This document shows positions 1 through 9,846 of a stretch of DNA of 64,000 bases, in pieces. The notes under the pieces were generated by a model. It was given only the letters and a program-made list of their open reading frames with translations, ran no database searches and was not told where the DNA came from. Numbering within the stretch: the first letter of the stretch is position 1; the number at the start of each line of letters is the position of its first letter. Both the position numbers and the translations under genes were made by a program. The stretch comes from an uncultured Acidimicrobiia bacterium (GTDB lineage Bacteria; Actinomycetota; Acidimicrobiia; IMCC26256; JAENVU01). The stretch is taken from NCBI GenBank assembly GCA_963796755.1, contig CAWCMX010000001.1, forward strand, positions 1,558,556-1,622,555, in the 5' to 3' direction.

Positions 1-621
1 CAGCACCGGGAGCCCGTACCGGACCTCGACGTCGGTGAGGACCTCACGCGTGTGGCGGGTCCGGCCGTCGAACATCGTGGCCACGGCACCGAGCACGCCG
101 AGGTCGGGCTGCGTGTAGGCGCGCACGTCGGCGACGGTCTCGAGGAGCTGGCCGACGCCACGGTGGCTCAGCGTCTCGCACTGCAGCGGGATCAACACGA
201 AGTCGGCCGCCGTGAGCCCGTTGATCGTGAGGATGCCGAGCGACGGTGGGCAGTCGAGGAGCACGACGTCGTAGCTGTCCTTGACCGGCTCGAGCGCGCG
301 GCCGACCGCGTGCTCTCGCCCGACGCGCCCGACCAGATGCACCTCGGAACCGGCCAGATCGATCGCCGCGGGCAGCACCGAGACGTCGCCCGCGACCACG
401 GTCACCTCGGCTGCCTTGTTGCGCCCCACCAGGACGTCGTGCAGCGAGAGCGGCAGCGACTCGGGGTCGAGCCCGACCGAGTAGGTCAGGCAGGCCTGCG
501 GGTCGAGGTCCACCAGGAGGACGCGCTGGCCCGCCCGAGCGAGCGCGACGCCGAGCGTGTGCACCGTGGTGGTCTTGCCGACGCCACCCTTTTGGTTCGC
601 TACCGCGATCACGCGAGCCAT
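1..621 (-). CDS. ParA/Soj family ATPase (3' end runs off the window)
   Basis: Read from ATG at 621: MARVIAVANQKGGVGKTTTVHTLG (deviant Walker A), VDLDPQA, LLDCPPSLGILTIN; not in the ORF track because the stop is outside the window. Confidence 0.93.
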   Translation of the reverse strand, partial: MARVIAVANQKGGVGKTTTVHTLGVALARAGQRVLLVDLDPQACLTYSVGLDPESLPLSLHDVLVGRNKAAEVTVVAGDVSVLPAAIDLAGSEVHLVGRVGREHAVGRALEPVKDSYDVVLLDCPPSLGILTINGLTAADFVLIPLQCETLSHRGVGQLLETVADVRAYTQPDLGVLGAVATMFDGRTRHTREVLTDVEVRYGLPVL

Positions 622-909
622 CGCGCGGAGTGTACCGACGACGACCTCCGGGACCACCGGGCGCGCGTCGGGCGATCCGCGCGTCCTCATGCGCGTGCAT
701 GAACCCGGGGATCGAGGTGGTGACCGAAACGCGGAGCGCGGTCACAGAAATCGGTACTCGTCACCCATTTCCGTTTTGGGCCGACGGTGCTAGGTTGAAT
801 ACACCACCTGGAACGTGCGAGACGTTACGCTCCTGGGAGCAATCGGACAGCAGCACCGGGGAAGAGAAACGCCGCTCGACGATCGCTCGACCGGTCGACT
901 GGAGGAAAC

Positions 910-1110
910 ATGCAGGGACAGCCCGAAAACGACGCGCTGCTCACGCCGTCAGAGGTGGCTGCCATGTTCCGGGTCAATCCCAAGACCGTGACCCGCTGGG
1001 CCAGGGCAGGGAAGATCTCGGCAATCAGAACGCTTGGCGGCCACCGCCGGTTCCGTGCTTCGGAGATTCGTCGCTTCCTCGAGCAGGTCGAGGAGCACGA
1101 AGAAGCCTGA
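910..1110 (+). CDS. bldC: BldC family MerR-like HTH transcriptional regulator
   Basis: LLTPSEVAAMFRVNPKTVTRWARAGKISAIRTLGGHRRF matches the BldC signature; GGAGG RBS. Confidence 0.93.
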   Translation: MQGQPENDALLTPSEVAAMFRVNPKTVTRWARAGKISAIRTLGGHRRFRASEIRRFLEQVEEHEEA

Positions 1111-1200
1111 TCAGCGCCGCGCCGCGCCTCAGCGATGCGGGCGCGTGCGCAACGGACCCGGGCGGGGGTGACGCCGGAGTCCGACCACCACGAGTCATAC

Positions 1201-1231
1201 GAGAAGCCCGGTCTGAGGAGGCCGGGCTCTC
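1201..1231. terminator. GC-rich hairpin downstream of bldC
   Basis: gagaagcccggtct-gagg-aggccgggctctc inverted repeat. Confidence 0.55.
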
Positions 1232-1330
1232 GCAATTCTGGGGCCCGGTGCGGATTCTTGGGAACCTCGTCGGCCGTCGCGCGCCTCTTGACCCTGATCG
1301 ACCAGGCGGTCGGGGACGAGGAGGACGGAC

Positions 1331-2507
1331 ATGGGTGGAGCACTGACAGTGATCGGCGGTGGCCTGGGCGGGCTGACCGCCGCGGTCGCAGCCGGCGAAG
1401 CGGGCTGGACCGTCCGGGTCTTCGAGGCCAGGTCGGAGCTCGGCGGCCGGGCCCGGACCACCGGCAATCCCTACCGGGCCAACTGGGGACCGCACGTCGT
1501 CTACTCCGACGGGCCCCTCTGGCGCTGGTTGCACGAACGCGACCTCACCACCGGCGCGTTCCGTGCACCCCGGATGCCTCGGATCGTGCTGCGCGTGGAT
1601 GGACGCGGCCGGCGCACCCCCCCGGCCGGCCTCGTGCGCGCCTTCCTGGCGATCCGGCGCGCCCCCGCCCCGGTGGACCTCGGCTTCCGCGAGTGGGCGA
1701 GCCGGATCGTCGGAGACGCTCACGCCGGACGCCTCGCGGCCTTCGTCGGCGTCGCCACCTTCGACCATGATCCGGGACGGCTCGCCGCGGCGTTCGTCCA
1801 CGCGCGCCTGTTCGCGCGCGACGGCATTTCCCCCGACGGTGCGCTACTTCCCGGGCGGCTGGTCGACGCTCGTCGCCCGCCTCGAGCAACGGGCGCGGTC
1901 ACTCGGTGCGAGCATCGAGACGAGCGCGCCGGTGGATTCGATGCCCGGGGGACCGACGATCCTCGCGGTACCGATGCGCGCCGCCGCCGGACTGCTCGGA
2001 ACGATGCCGGCGGGTGACGGGAACGGCACGACGACCGCGCTGCTGGATCTCGCGCTTCGTCGTCGCCGAGCCGACCCGTACGTGGTGTCCGACCTCGACG
2101 CGGCCGGCTTCTGTGAGACGTTCACGAAGGCCGACCCGTCGCTGGCCCCGAAGGGTGAGCACCTCGTGCAGACTCAGGCCGGGATGCGACCGGGAGAGAC
2201 GCTCGAGGATGCGGTGCTCCGACTCGAGGCGCTCGTCGACGTGGGGTTCGACGGCTGGCGCGACCGGGAGACCTGGCGCCGGCGGGCGCGAATCCACGAT
2301 GAGACGGGGGCCCTTGATCTCCCCGGCCGAACCTGGCGCGATCGTCCCGCGGTTCGTCGGGGCGACGACGTCTGGTTGGTGAACGACGCCGTTGCCGCAC
2401 CGGGCCTCCTTTCGGAGGTCTCCCATCACGCGGCGCTCGCGGCGGTTGCGGAGCTCGGCGTCCCCGGCCGCCGGACCACGACGCGAGGGTTGGTGCGCCC
2501 GGCGTGA
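1331..2507 (+). CDS. FAD/NAD(P)-dependent oxidoreductase, phytoene dehydrogenase-like (frame slip near 1815)
   Basis: VIGGGLGGLTAA...VFEARSELGGRA FAD-binding motif in ORF 1331; continues in ORF 1563..2507 (YFPGGW, GLLSEVS). Confidence 0.8.
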
Positions 2508-3007
2508 TCCCGGAGGCCGTCGTTCGCCGCGCCCAGCGCGGAGACCCGATGGCACTGGAGGCGCTCGTGCGCCTCGTCACACCCGCGATCGCACCGGTCT
2601 GCGGGGCGATCGCGCTCGACGCGGGCGAGGACGCGATGCAGGAGAGCCTGATCGTGATCCTCCGCAGGATCTCGACGCTGCGTGAACCACAGGCGCTGAG
2701 CGGATGGGCTCGGCGGATCGCGACCCGGGAAGCGGTGCGCGTGGCACGGGCCCGGCTGGCGGTGGTGGACGACGTGACGCTCGAGCGGGTGAGCCCGACG
2801 GCGGAGCTCGGCGATCTCGCCACGGCGCTCGACGTGCGCGCGGTGCTGGCGGAGCTCGGGCCGGAACAGCGCGCGGTGCTCGTGCTGCGCGATCTCGAAG
2901 GTCTCGGCGAAGCCGAGGTCGCCAACATCCTCGAGGTGCCGGAGGGCACGGTGAAGTCACGCTTGCACCGTTCGCGAGCCGCGTTCGGCCGGAGGTGGAA
3001 CCCATGA
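2504..3007 (+). CDS. ECF RNA polymerase sigma factor
   Basis: Region 2 (EDAMQE...WARRIATREA) and region 4 (EVANILEVPEGTVKSRLHR); start overlaps the upstream stop. Confidence 0.9.
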   Translation: MIPEAVVRRAQRGDPMALEALVRLVTPAIAPVCGAIALDAGEDAMQESLIVILRRISTLREPQALSGWARRIATREAVRVARARLAVVDDVTLERVSPTAELGDLATALDVRAVLAELGPEQRAVLVLRDLEGLGEAEVANILEVPEGTVKSRLHRSRAAFGRRWNP

Positions 3008-3504
3008 GCCCGCAGATCGCCTGGCCGACCGCTGGTCTCGACCCGCTGACCCGCGTGCGCGTGCTCGCGTCGGCGATGCCCGGCGCCGCGTTCGCGGAGC
3101 AAACGGTCGACGCCCCGTTCGCCGTGACCTGGGGGTGGATCGAGGACCTGCCCCGATCGGTGCCGACCTTCGACCGCGACGTCTCGGCGATCCGGATCCG
3201 GACCCGGGTGGATCGCGGCGCCGGGGTGCAGGACCTGACCGCGACGGTGCGAACGCACGGGATCCCGTATCCCTTCACGATTCGGCTCGAGCCGGGCTTC
3301 TGCCTCATGCAGGCCCGGGCCCGCGCGTACGTCGTGATGATGGCCGCCGCGCCGGTCGCGGGCGACCCGTCTCGCACCCGCCTCGTGCACGCCGAGGGTG
3401 TGCCGCTTCCGGGCGCGGGGCTCCTCCGACCAGTGCTCGCCCGGCTCGTCGAGGGCGACGTCAAGCGCATCGCGCAGCTCGCGCGCAACGGCTTCCGCGG
3501 ATGA
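3004..3504 (+). CDS. SRPBCC/START-like hypothetical protein
   Basis: ATG at 3004 overlaps the sigma stop; EQTVDAPFAVTWGWIEDL resembles an SRPBCC N-terminus. Confidence 0.55.
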   Translation: MSPQIAWPTAGLDPLTRVRVLASAMPGAAFAEQTVDAPFAVTWGWIEDLPRSVPTFDRDVSAIRIRTRVDRGAGVQDLTATVRTHGIPYPFTIRLEPGFCLMQARARAYVVMMAAAPVAGDPSRTRLVHAEGVPLPGAGLLRPVLARLVEGDVKRIAQLARNGFRG

Positions 3505-3505
3505 C

Positions 3506-3535
3506 GAGAGGCCCGGTCCTGAGACCGGGCCTCTC
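3506..3535. terminator. Perfect hairpin, bidirectional terminator between the islet and the tRNA operon
   Basis: gagaggcccggtc-ctga-gaccgggcctctc. Confidence 0.8.
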
Positions 3536-3546
3536 GGAGGTCGGGG

Positions 3547-3619
3547 TGGCCGGGACCGGCGTCGATCCGGTGACCCCACGCTTTTCAGGCGTGTGCTCTG
3601 CCGACTGAGCTACCCGGCC
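3547..3619 (-). tRNA. tRNA-Phe(GAA)
   Basis: GGCCGGGTAGCTCAGTCGGCAGAGC...CT GAA AA...CCCGGCCA cloverleaf. Confidence 0.95.
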
Positions 3620-3649
3620 GTGCAGGACGAGCCCCCGTGGCTCGTCCAG

Positions 3650-3724
3650 CGGTCCTGACGGGATTTGAACCCGCGGCCTCCGCCTTGACAGGGCGGCGTG
3701 CACTCCAAACTGCACCACAGGACC
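3650..3724 (-). tRNA. tRNA-Asp(GTC)
   Basis: GGTCCTGTGGTGCAGTTTGGAGTGCACGCCGCCCT GTC AAGGCGG...GGTTCAAATCCCGTCAGGACCG. Confidence 0.96.
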
Positions 3725-3760
3725 CGATGCACCACCATGAGAGAACCGCACGGTGGCAAG

Positions 3761-3833
3761 TGCCCCCAGGGGAGTTCGAATCCCCGTTACCGCCTTGAAA
3801 GGGCGGCGTCCTGGGCCACTAGACGATGGGGGC
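3761..3833 (-). tRNA. tRNA-Glu(TTC)
   Basis: GCCCCCATCGTCTAGTGGCCCAGGACGCCGCCCT TTC AAGGCGG...GATTCGAACTCCCCTGGGGGCA. Confidence 0.96.
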
Positions 3834-4054
3834 TCGCTCCTCTGAGAGGCAGCGCATCCTAGCAGTCGCTCTCTTTGGCCGAGCTTGAGACACTTCCGTC
3901 CGGGGCAGAACCTTGGGGATCGCTTCACACGATCTTTGCGTTCGCCACAGGCTGTGCTGAGGTGAGCGACGTACCATCACGGTGGCACTTCGTCGGTGAC
4001 CGCCGGCGAAGAGGAGAGGCGGTCGGGGCGACCCGGTCGAGGAAGGCACCGTCA

Positions 4055-4976
4055 ATGGCCCCGAACGCCTTTGACGTGGTGATCGCCGGTGTGAACAAGG
4101 CCGGGACCACCTCGTTGTTCGTCTCCCTTGCCACCCATCCACAGATCGCGCCGTCGGAGGTGAAGGAGACCCGGTTCTTCCTTCCCGCGCGCTACGGGCT
4201 GCCGGTCGGCTCGCGCGGCGACGTACGACCGCTACTTCGAGGGGTCGATCGGCGCCGTGGCGCGCCTCGAGGCGACCCCGTCCTACTTCTACGGCGGCGC
4301 GGCCGTCGCCGGGGTCATCGACGAGACGCTCCCCGAGGCCCGGGTCATCGTCGTGCTCCGGGAGCCGGTCGCGCGCGCGGTCTCCTTCTTCCAGTACCAG
4401 AAGACCCGGCTCCGCCTGCCGGCGGAGCTCACGATCGAGGACTACCTCGCCCACGCCGACTCCTTGACCGACGAGGACTTCCTCGACCCGGACAACGAGC
4501 GCTACTTCGCGGTGGGGGGCGGGCGGTACGCGGACTTCCTTCCCGCGTGGTTCGAACGGTTCGGCCCCGACCGGTTGCTCGTCCTCACGTTCGAGGAGCT
4601 GACCGCCGAGCCCGCACGCGTGCTGAACGAGACCGTGACGTGGCTGGGCCTGGACCCGGTCATGCTGCCGAACGACGCGCTTGCGGCGGAGAACCGCACG
4701 ATGGGGTTCAAGAGCCGGCGCATCCAGCGGCTCGCGCTCGGGGCCAACGACCGGTTCGAACGGCTCCTGCGGCGCCATCCCCGGATGAAACGACGGGTCC
4801 GTTCCCTGTACCTGCGGCTCAACGGCCAACCCGCCGGGAGCCACATCAGCGGTGAGGTTCGCCGCGAGCTCGCCGAGCGCTTCCGGGAGCCGAACGCGCG
4901 CCTCGCCGACCAGCTCACCGATGCCGGAGTCGCGCTGCCGGCCTGGCTCGCCGACGCACGCATCGGCATCGCGTAG
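4055..4976 (+). CDS. PAPS-dependent sulfotransferase family protein (frame slip near 4215)
   Basis: 5'-PSB motif IAGVNKAGTTSL, KETRFF, EATPSY, and 3'-PB motif LREPVARAVS. Confidence 0.88.
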
Positions 4977-5048
4977 CCCTCGGCGATCCCGCCGGCGCGC
5001 TCGAGATGACCACGGATTCGCTGCGGGGCCGCGGGTTATCGTGCTCCG

Positions 5049-5124
5049 GGGTCGCTAGCTCAACAGGTAGAGCACCGGGCTTTTAACCCGATGGTTCAGG
5101 GTTCGAGTCCCTGGCGGCCCACCA
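5049..5124 (+). tRNA. tRNA-Lys(TTT)
   Basis: GGGTCGCTAGCTCAACAGGTAGAGCACCGGGCT TTT AACCCG...GGTTCGAGTCCCTGGCGGCCCACCA. Confidence 0.96.
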
Positions 5125-5160
5125 GCGCGGCGCCGACTCGACGAAGGTCACGGTGCAACG

Positions 5161-5376
5161 ATGTTCTGGATCTGGTGGCGCGGTGGTCCGCAGGCGGTGC
5201 TCGCGTTCGTGCTGGTCGTCGCCGTCTTCGTCGTGCTGTACGTCGTGGGATCACGCGTCGCCGTGTGGTTGCCGCCGTTCCTCATCATCCCGGCCTTCGT
5301 GCTCTTCGCCCTGGCCGTCGGCCGATCGGTGAAGCACGACGGCGGAGGCGACTCCGGCGAGCCCGACTCCCCGTGA
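5161..5376 (+). CDS. Small two-TM membrane protein, hypothetical
   Basis: Two hydrophobic stretches, GC3-rich codons. Confidence 0.6.
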   Translation: MFWIWWRGGPQAVLAFVLVVAVFVVLYVVGSRVAVWLPPFLIIPAFVLFALAVGRSVKHDGGGDSGEPDSP

Positions 5377-5437
5377 GGCCCGACTCCCGGTGAAGGAGGA
5401 CTGAGGCAACGGCACCGCGCAGGTACGATCCGAGCCG

Positions 5438-6064
5438 ATGCCCCCAGAGTCTCCGATCGGCGTCGTCGCGGACGGCACCCCGATGCTGCGTGCCGGCGTG
5501 GCGGGCACCCTCCGCGCCGCGGGGTTCGAGATCCCGGCCGAGACGGCGGTGGCCGCCGACGTCGTCGAGCTGGTCGACCGGCACCACGCGGAGCTCGTGG
5601 TGATCGGCGCGCTCTCCGACCTGCCCGTGGTCGAGCTCGTCCGCCGGCTGCGGGCCCAGTCGGCGCCCGCGAAGGTGGTCCTGTTGCTCGGCCGCGTCGC
5701 GCCCGACGCGATCGCCGAGCTCCTGAGCCTCGATGTCGAAGGGCTGGTCCCGCGCGTCATCGACGCGGTTGCGTTCGTCGATGCGGTGCGACGGGTTCGG
5801 GACGGTGAGCGGGTCGTCGACGCGGGCATCCTCGTGAGCGACGAGCCGGCGGCCGTCGAGTCCGAAGGGTCGAGTGGGCTGACCGCCCGCGAGCGCGAGG
5901 TGCTCGTGCTGCTTGCGGCCGGCCACTCCAACCGCGAGATCGCCTCGTCGCTGTACGTCTCGCTGCCGACGGTCAAGACCCACCTCGCGCACATCTACGC
6001 GAAGCTCGACGCGAAGAACCGCAACGAAGCGCTCGGTCGTGCGGTCGCTCGGGGTCTGCTCTGA
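5438..6064 (+). CDS. NarL/LuxR-family response regulator with degenerate receiver
   Basis: LTAREREVL...SNREIA...TVKTHLAHIYAKL LuxR HTH; receiver-like N-terminal domain. Confidence 0.88.
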   Translation: MPPESPIGVVADGTPMLRAGVAGTLRAAGFEIPAETAVAADVVELVDRHHAELVVIGALSDLPVVELVRRLRAQSAPAKVVLLLGRVAPDAIAELLSLDVEGLVPRVIDAVAFVDAVRRVRDGERVVDAGILVSDEPAAVESEGSSGLTAREREVLVLLAAGHSNREIASSLYVSLPTVKTHLAHIYAKLDAKNRNEALGRAVARGLL

Positions 6065-6219
6065 GCCGAGGCGGCGCCACGCGATTCACGGCGGTGTGAT
6101 TGACGGCGCTTTTGTCAGGGAGTGGGAGCGAACGCGCAGCTTCGACATCCGCGGAGTTGCAGGTCGGTCGCCTTATGCTGACCGACAGGCGGATCTGCGT
6201 TCCACGGAAGGAGTTCCGG

Positions 6220-6402
6220 GTGCTCGTGCTCACACGGCGATCCAACCAGAGCATCATGATCGGGACGGACATCGTGGTGACCGTGCTCGAGGTGCGAGGT
6301 GAGCAGGTTCGCATCGGCATCAAGGCTCCCCGCGAGGTCGAGGTCCATCGTGAAGAGGTCTTCGAGGTCCTCCACGAGACCGAAGCCCCTCCCTCGGCCT
6401 GA
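6220..6402 (+). CDS. csrA: Carbon storage regulator CsrA
   Basis: [15 protein letters not shown]...[18 protein letters not shown]; GGAAGGAG RBS before GTG at 6220. Confidence 0.95.
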   Translation: MLVLTRRSNQSIMIGTDIVVTVLEVRGEQVRIGIKAPREVEVHREEVFEVLHETEAPPSA

Positions 6403-6516
6403 CGGCCCGGTCTTTCTGACCGGTTCCTGAACATCTGACCGGTCCCGGCAGCGTTCGCGCTCCGTTCACGTTGACGTCGCGTCCCCGTGACCTCGCCCGG
6501 TGACGATGGTGCCTGC

Positions 6517-6582
6517 ACGAACCGCCGAGCGGCGGTGGGGCCGGCCAATCCCCCCGGTCGGGCCCACCGCCACCCGGTTCGT
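6517..6582. terminator. Long hairpin between convergent csrA and ald
   Basis: acgaaccg..ggcggtggg.ccggcc-AATCCCCCC-ggtcgg.cccaccgcc..cggttcgt. Confidence 0.6.
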
Positions 6583-7724
6583 CATCCGGAGAGGGCGACC
6601 TCGAGCGGGACCGGGCGGCGGCCCAGTGCTTCGGCCACCGTCGGGTGCGTCACGGCACCCGCGACGGTGTTGACCCCCTGGCGCAGGGCGGGATCCGAGG
6701 CCACGGCGTCGGCGACCCCGTGGACCGCGAGGGTCAGTGCGTACGGCAGCGTTGCGTTCGTGAGCGCGTAGGTCGACGTGAACGGCACCGCGCCGGGCAT
6801 GTTGCCGACGGCGTAGTGGAGCACGCCGTGGACCTCGTAGACCGGGTCGGCGTGGGTGGTCTCGTGGGTGGTCTCGACGCAGCCGCCCTGGTCGACCGCG
6901 ACGTCCACGATGACCGCGCCCGGCTTCATCGTCCGCACCATGGCGTCGGTGACGACGATCGGGGCGCGTCCCGCCGGCACGAGCACCGCCCCGATGACCA
7001 GGTCCGCGTCGGCGACGGCCCGGCTCACCGCGCCGCGGTTGCTCGCGAGCGTCACGATCCGGCCTTGATGGATCTGGTCGACCCAGCGCAGGCGGTCCAG
7101 GTTCTTGTCCAGGAGCAGGACCTCCGCTTCCATGCCCTGCGCGATCCACGCCGAGTTCCAGCCGACGTTGCCCGCGCCGAGCACGACGACGCGCGCGGGA
7201 CGGACCCCGGGGACCCCGCCGAGCAGCACGCCGCGCCCGCCGAGCTCACGCTCGAGGAACCGCGCGCCGACCTGCGTCGCCATCCGACCCGCGACCTCGC
7301 TCATCGGCGCGAGCAACGGGAGGCTGCGATCCTCGGGCTGCACCGTCTCGTACGCGATGCCGACGACCTGGTGCTCGAGGAGCGCGTCCGCGACCTTCGG
7401 GTACGCGGCGAGGTGGAGGTACGTGAAGAGGACGAGTCCGGGGCGCAGGTAGCCCAGCTCCTCCACCTGGGGCTCCTTCACCTTCAGGATCATCCCGGCG
7501 CGCGCCCAGACGTCCGCCGCAGTGGGGACGATCTCGGCGCCGGCCGCGTGGTACTCGGCGTCCGCGATCGACGAGCCCACGCCCGCGTCGTGCTCGACGA
7601 TCACCGCCACGCCGTGCGCGGTGAGCTCGTGCACGCCGTCGGGCGTGATCGCGACGCGGTTCTCCCCGTCCTTGATCTCGCGCGGGATGCCGACGACCAG
7701 CGCGGCGGGCGGGATCCGGCTCAC
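6582..7724 (-). CDS. ald: Alanine dehydrogenase
   Basis: [58 protein letters not shown]. Confidence 0.96.
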   Translation of the reverse strand: MSRIPPAALVVGIPREIKDGENRVAITPDGVHELTAHGVAVIVEHDAGVGSSIADAEYHAAGAEIVPTAADVWARAGMILKVKEPQVEELGYLRPGLVLFTYLHLAAYPKVADALLEHQVVGIAYETVQPEDRSLPLLAPMSEVAGRMATQVGARFLERELGGRGVLLGGVPGVRPARVVVLGAGNVGWNSAWIAQGMEAEVLLLDKNLDRLRWVDQIHQGRIVTLASNRGAVSRAVADADLVIGAVLVPAGRAPIVVTDAMVRTMKPGAVIVDVAVDQGGCVETTHETTHADPVYEVHGVLHYAVGNMPGAVPFTSTYALTNATLPYALTLAVHGVADAVASDPALRQGVNTVAGAVTHPTVAEALGRRPVPLEVALSG

Positions 7725-7812
7725 CCTTCCCGCTCCTGGCCCTGCGGGCCGGGCCGCTCGGGCCACGCTCCGCTGGTCCCACGGCCGCGTGCGCGTCGTG
7801 CCGCCGCTTCGC

Positions 7813-9225
7813 TCACGCGCTCTGCATCCGCTTCCACGCCTCGGTCAGGCAGGTCCGCAGCGTCGTCTCGATGACCTCGAACTCTTCCGGTCCGGCGATC
7901 AGCGGCGGTGACAGCTGCACCACCGGGTCGCCCCGGTCATCGGTGCGGCAGATCAGCCCGGCCTCGTACAGTCGGGGCGCAGAGGAAGCCGCGCAGCAGG
8001 TCCTCGCCCCGCTTCCTTGGTGAAGCGGGCGCGGGTGTCGGGGTCGGCCACGAGCTCGAGCGCGAGGAAGTAACCCGCGCCGCGCACGTCGCCGACGATC
8101 GGCACGTCGCGCAGGCCGTCGATGCGGGACCGGAGCTCGTCCTGGTGGGCCCGGACGTGCGCGAGGATGCCCTCTTCCTCGAACAGCTCGAGGTTGCGCA
8201 GCCCGACCGCGCAGCTCACCGGGTGGCCGCCGAAGGTGATGCCGTGCAGGAAGCTCGCCTTCCCCGAGAGGAACGGTTCGGCGATCGCGTCGCGGCAGAT
8301 GACGGCACCCAGAGGCGAGTAGCCGCTCGTGAGCCCCTTCGCGGTGGTGATGATGTCGGGGAGGTAGTCGTAGCGCTCGCAGCCGAACATGTGACCGAGC
8401 CTTCCGAACGCGCAGATGACCTCGTCCGAGACGAGCAGCACGCCGTACCGGTCGCAGATCTCGCGCACGCGTGTGAAGTAACCCGGGGGCGGGACGAAGC
8501 AGCCGCCCGCGTTCTGCACCGGCTCGAGGTAGAGCGCGGCGACGGTCTCGGGGCCCTCCGCGAGGATCTGCCGCTCGATCGCGTCGGTGGTCAGCTGCAT
8601 GAACGCGGCGTCGTCGCCTTTGAGCTCGTGCCGGAAGCGGTTGGTGTTCATGACGTGCGAGGTGCCCGGGGTCAGGGGCTCGAACGGTGCTTTCAGCGCC
8701 TCGACGCCGGTGATCGCGAGCGCGCCCATCGTCGTCCCGTGGTACGCGGTGTCGCGGGCGATGACCTTGAAGCGGCCCGGCTGGCCGATCGCCTGGAAGT
8801 ACTGGCGGGCCAGCTTCCACGCCGACTCGACCGCCTCCGACCCACCGGTCGTGAAGAAGACCCGGTTGAGGTCGCCGGGCGCGAGCTCGGCGAGCTTCGC
8901 CGCGAGCTCGATCGCGGGCGGGTGCGCGTAGCTCCAGATCGGGAAGTACTCGAGCGTCTCGGCCTGCGCCGCGCGCGGTCTCGGCCAGATCCGCGCGCCC
9001 GTGACCGAGCTGCACGGTGAACAGGCCCGAGAGCGCGTCGAGGTAGCGGTTCCCGCGGGCGTCCCAGAGGTAGCAGCCCTTGCCCTCGGCCATGATCGGG
9101 ATCTCGCCGCCGGTGTACGCGCCGAGCCGGCTGAAGTGCATCCAGAGATGACGCTGCGCCTGCTCGTTGAGCCGGTCGACGTCGTAGGTGTGGCGCGGTC
9201 GGTGGTCCACTATCGGGTACCCCAT
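7813..9225 (-). CDS. Class III PLP omega-amine aminotransferase (polyamine/beta-alanine:pyruvate type; frame slips near 8970 and 8000)
   Basis: HLWMHFS, YLDALSGLF, FFTTGGSEA, EPVQNAGG, SDEVICAFGRLG, TTAKGLTSGY, HGITFGGHP. Confidence 0.9.
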   Translation of the reverse strand: MGYPIVDHRPRHTYDVDRLNEQAQRHLWMHFSRLGAYTGGEIPIMAEGKGCYLWDARGNRYLDALSGLFTVQLGHGRADLAETARGAGRDARVLPDLELRAPARDRARGEARRARARRPQPGLLHDRWVGGGRVGVEAGPPVLPGDRPAGPLQGHRPRHRVPRDDDGRARDHRRRGAESTVRAPDPGHLARHEHQPLPARAQRRRRRVHAADHRRDRAADPRGGPRDRRRALPRAGAERGRLLRPAPGLLHTRARDLRPVRRAARLGRGHLRVRKARSHVRLRALRLPPRHHHHREGAHERLLASGCRHLPRRDRRTVPLGEGELPARHHLRRPPGELRGRAAQPRAVRGRGHPRARPGPPGRAPVPHRRPARRADRRRRARRGLLPRARARGRPRHPRPLHQGSGARTCCAASSAPRLYEAGLICRTDDRGDPVVQLSPPLIAGPEEFEVIETTLRTCLTEAWKRMQSA

Positions 9226-9705
9226 GCGTAGGTCTGCTTGTAGAGCCGGAGATAGGTGAAGGTCTCGGTGCTGCGCACTCCGGAGATGGAGCGCACCTTG
9301 TCGTTGAGCAGTGCGAGCAGGTGCTCGTCGTCTTCGCAGACGACCTCCATCAGCAGGTCGAACGAGCCGCTCGACGACGACCACGTAGGAGACCTCGGGG
9401 ATCGCGGCGATGACGTCCGCGACGCCGCGCAGGTCGCCCTCGATCTTCAGCCCGATCATCGCCTCCCGCCGGAACCCGAGGGTGAGCGGATCCGTGACCG
9501 CGACGATCTGCACGACCCCCGACTCCACGAGGCGCTGCACGCGCTGGCGCACCGCCGCCTCGGAGAGCCCGACCGCGGTGCCGAGCTTCGTGTACGGGAG
9601 CCGGCCGTCCTCCTGGAGCTGCTCGATGATCGCCTTGTCGACGTCATCGATGACGACGGCGCGTTCGGAGCTGGTGCGCTCGCCACTCCGGCGGGTGTTG
9701 GGCAT
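9210..9705 (-). CDS. Lrp/AsnC family transcriptional regulator (frame slip near 9375)
   Basis: IDDVDKAIIEQLQEDGR...GLSEAAVRQRVQRL HTH; C-terminal GSFDLLMEVVC...STETFTYL. Confidence 0.92.
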
Positions 9706-9758
9706 GCGGTCCCTCCCTTGGCTGCCGGGATTCTCGCCCGCCGGTTGCCGCGGCTGCA

Positions 9759-9831
9759 AGGGAATCCGTCGTGTTCACCGGCTGAATCTGCGGATTCCAG
9801 AGTCCTGACCCGTTCAGGCTACGGGATCCAG
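9759..9831. promoter_or_regulatory. Phased putative Lrp operator boxes
   Basis: AGGGAATCCGT (9759), GCGGATTCCAG (9790), ACGGGATCCAG (9821) at 31-bp spacing. Confidence 0.6.
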
Positions 9832-9846
9832 AGGGATCCCCACGGA

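Noticed and set aside
3461-3928. 155-aa ORF over the tRNA cluster
   Set aside because: Fully explained by three tRNA genes
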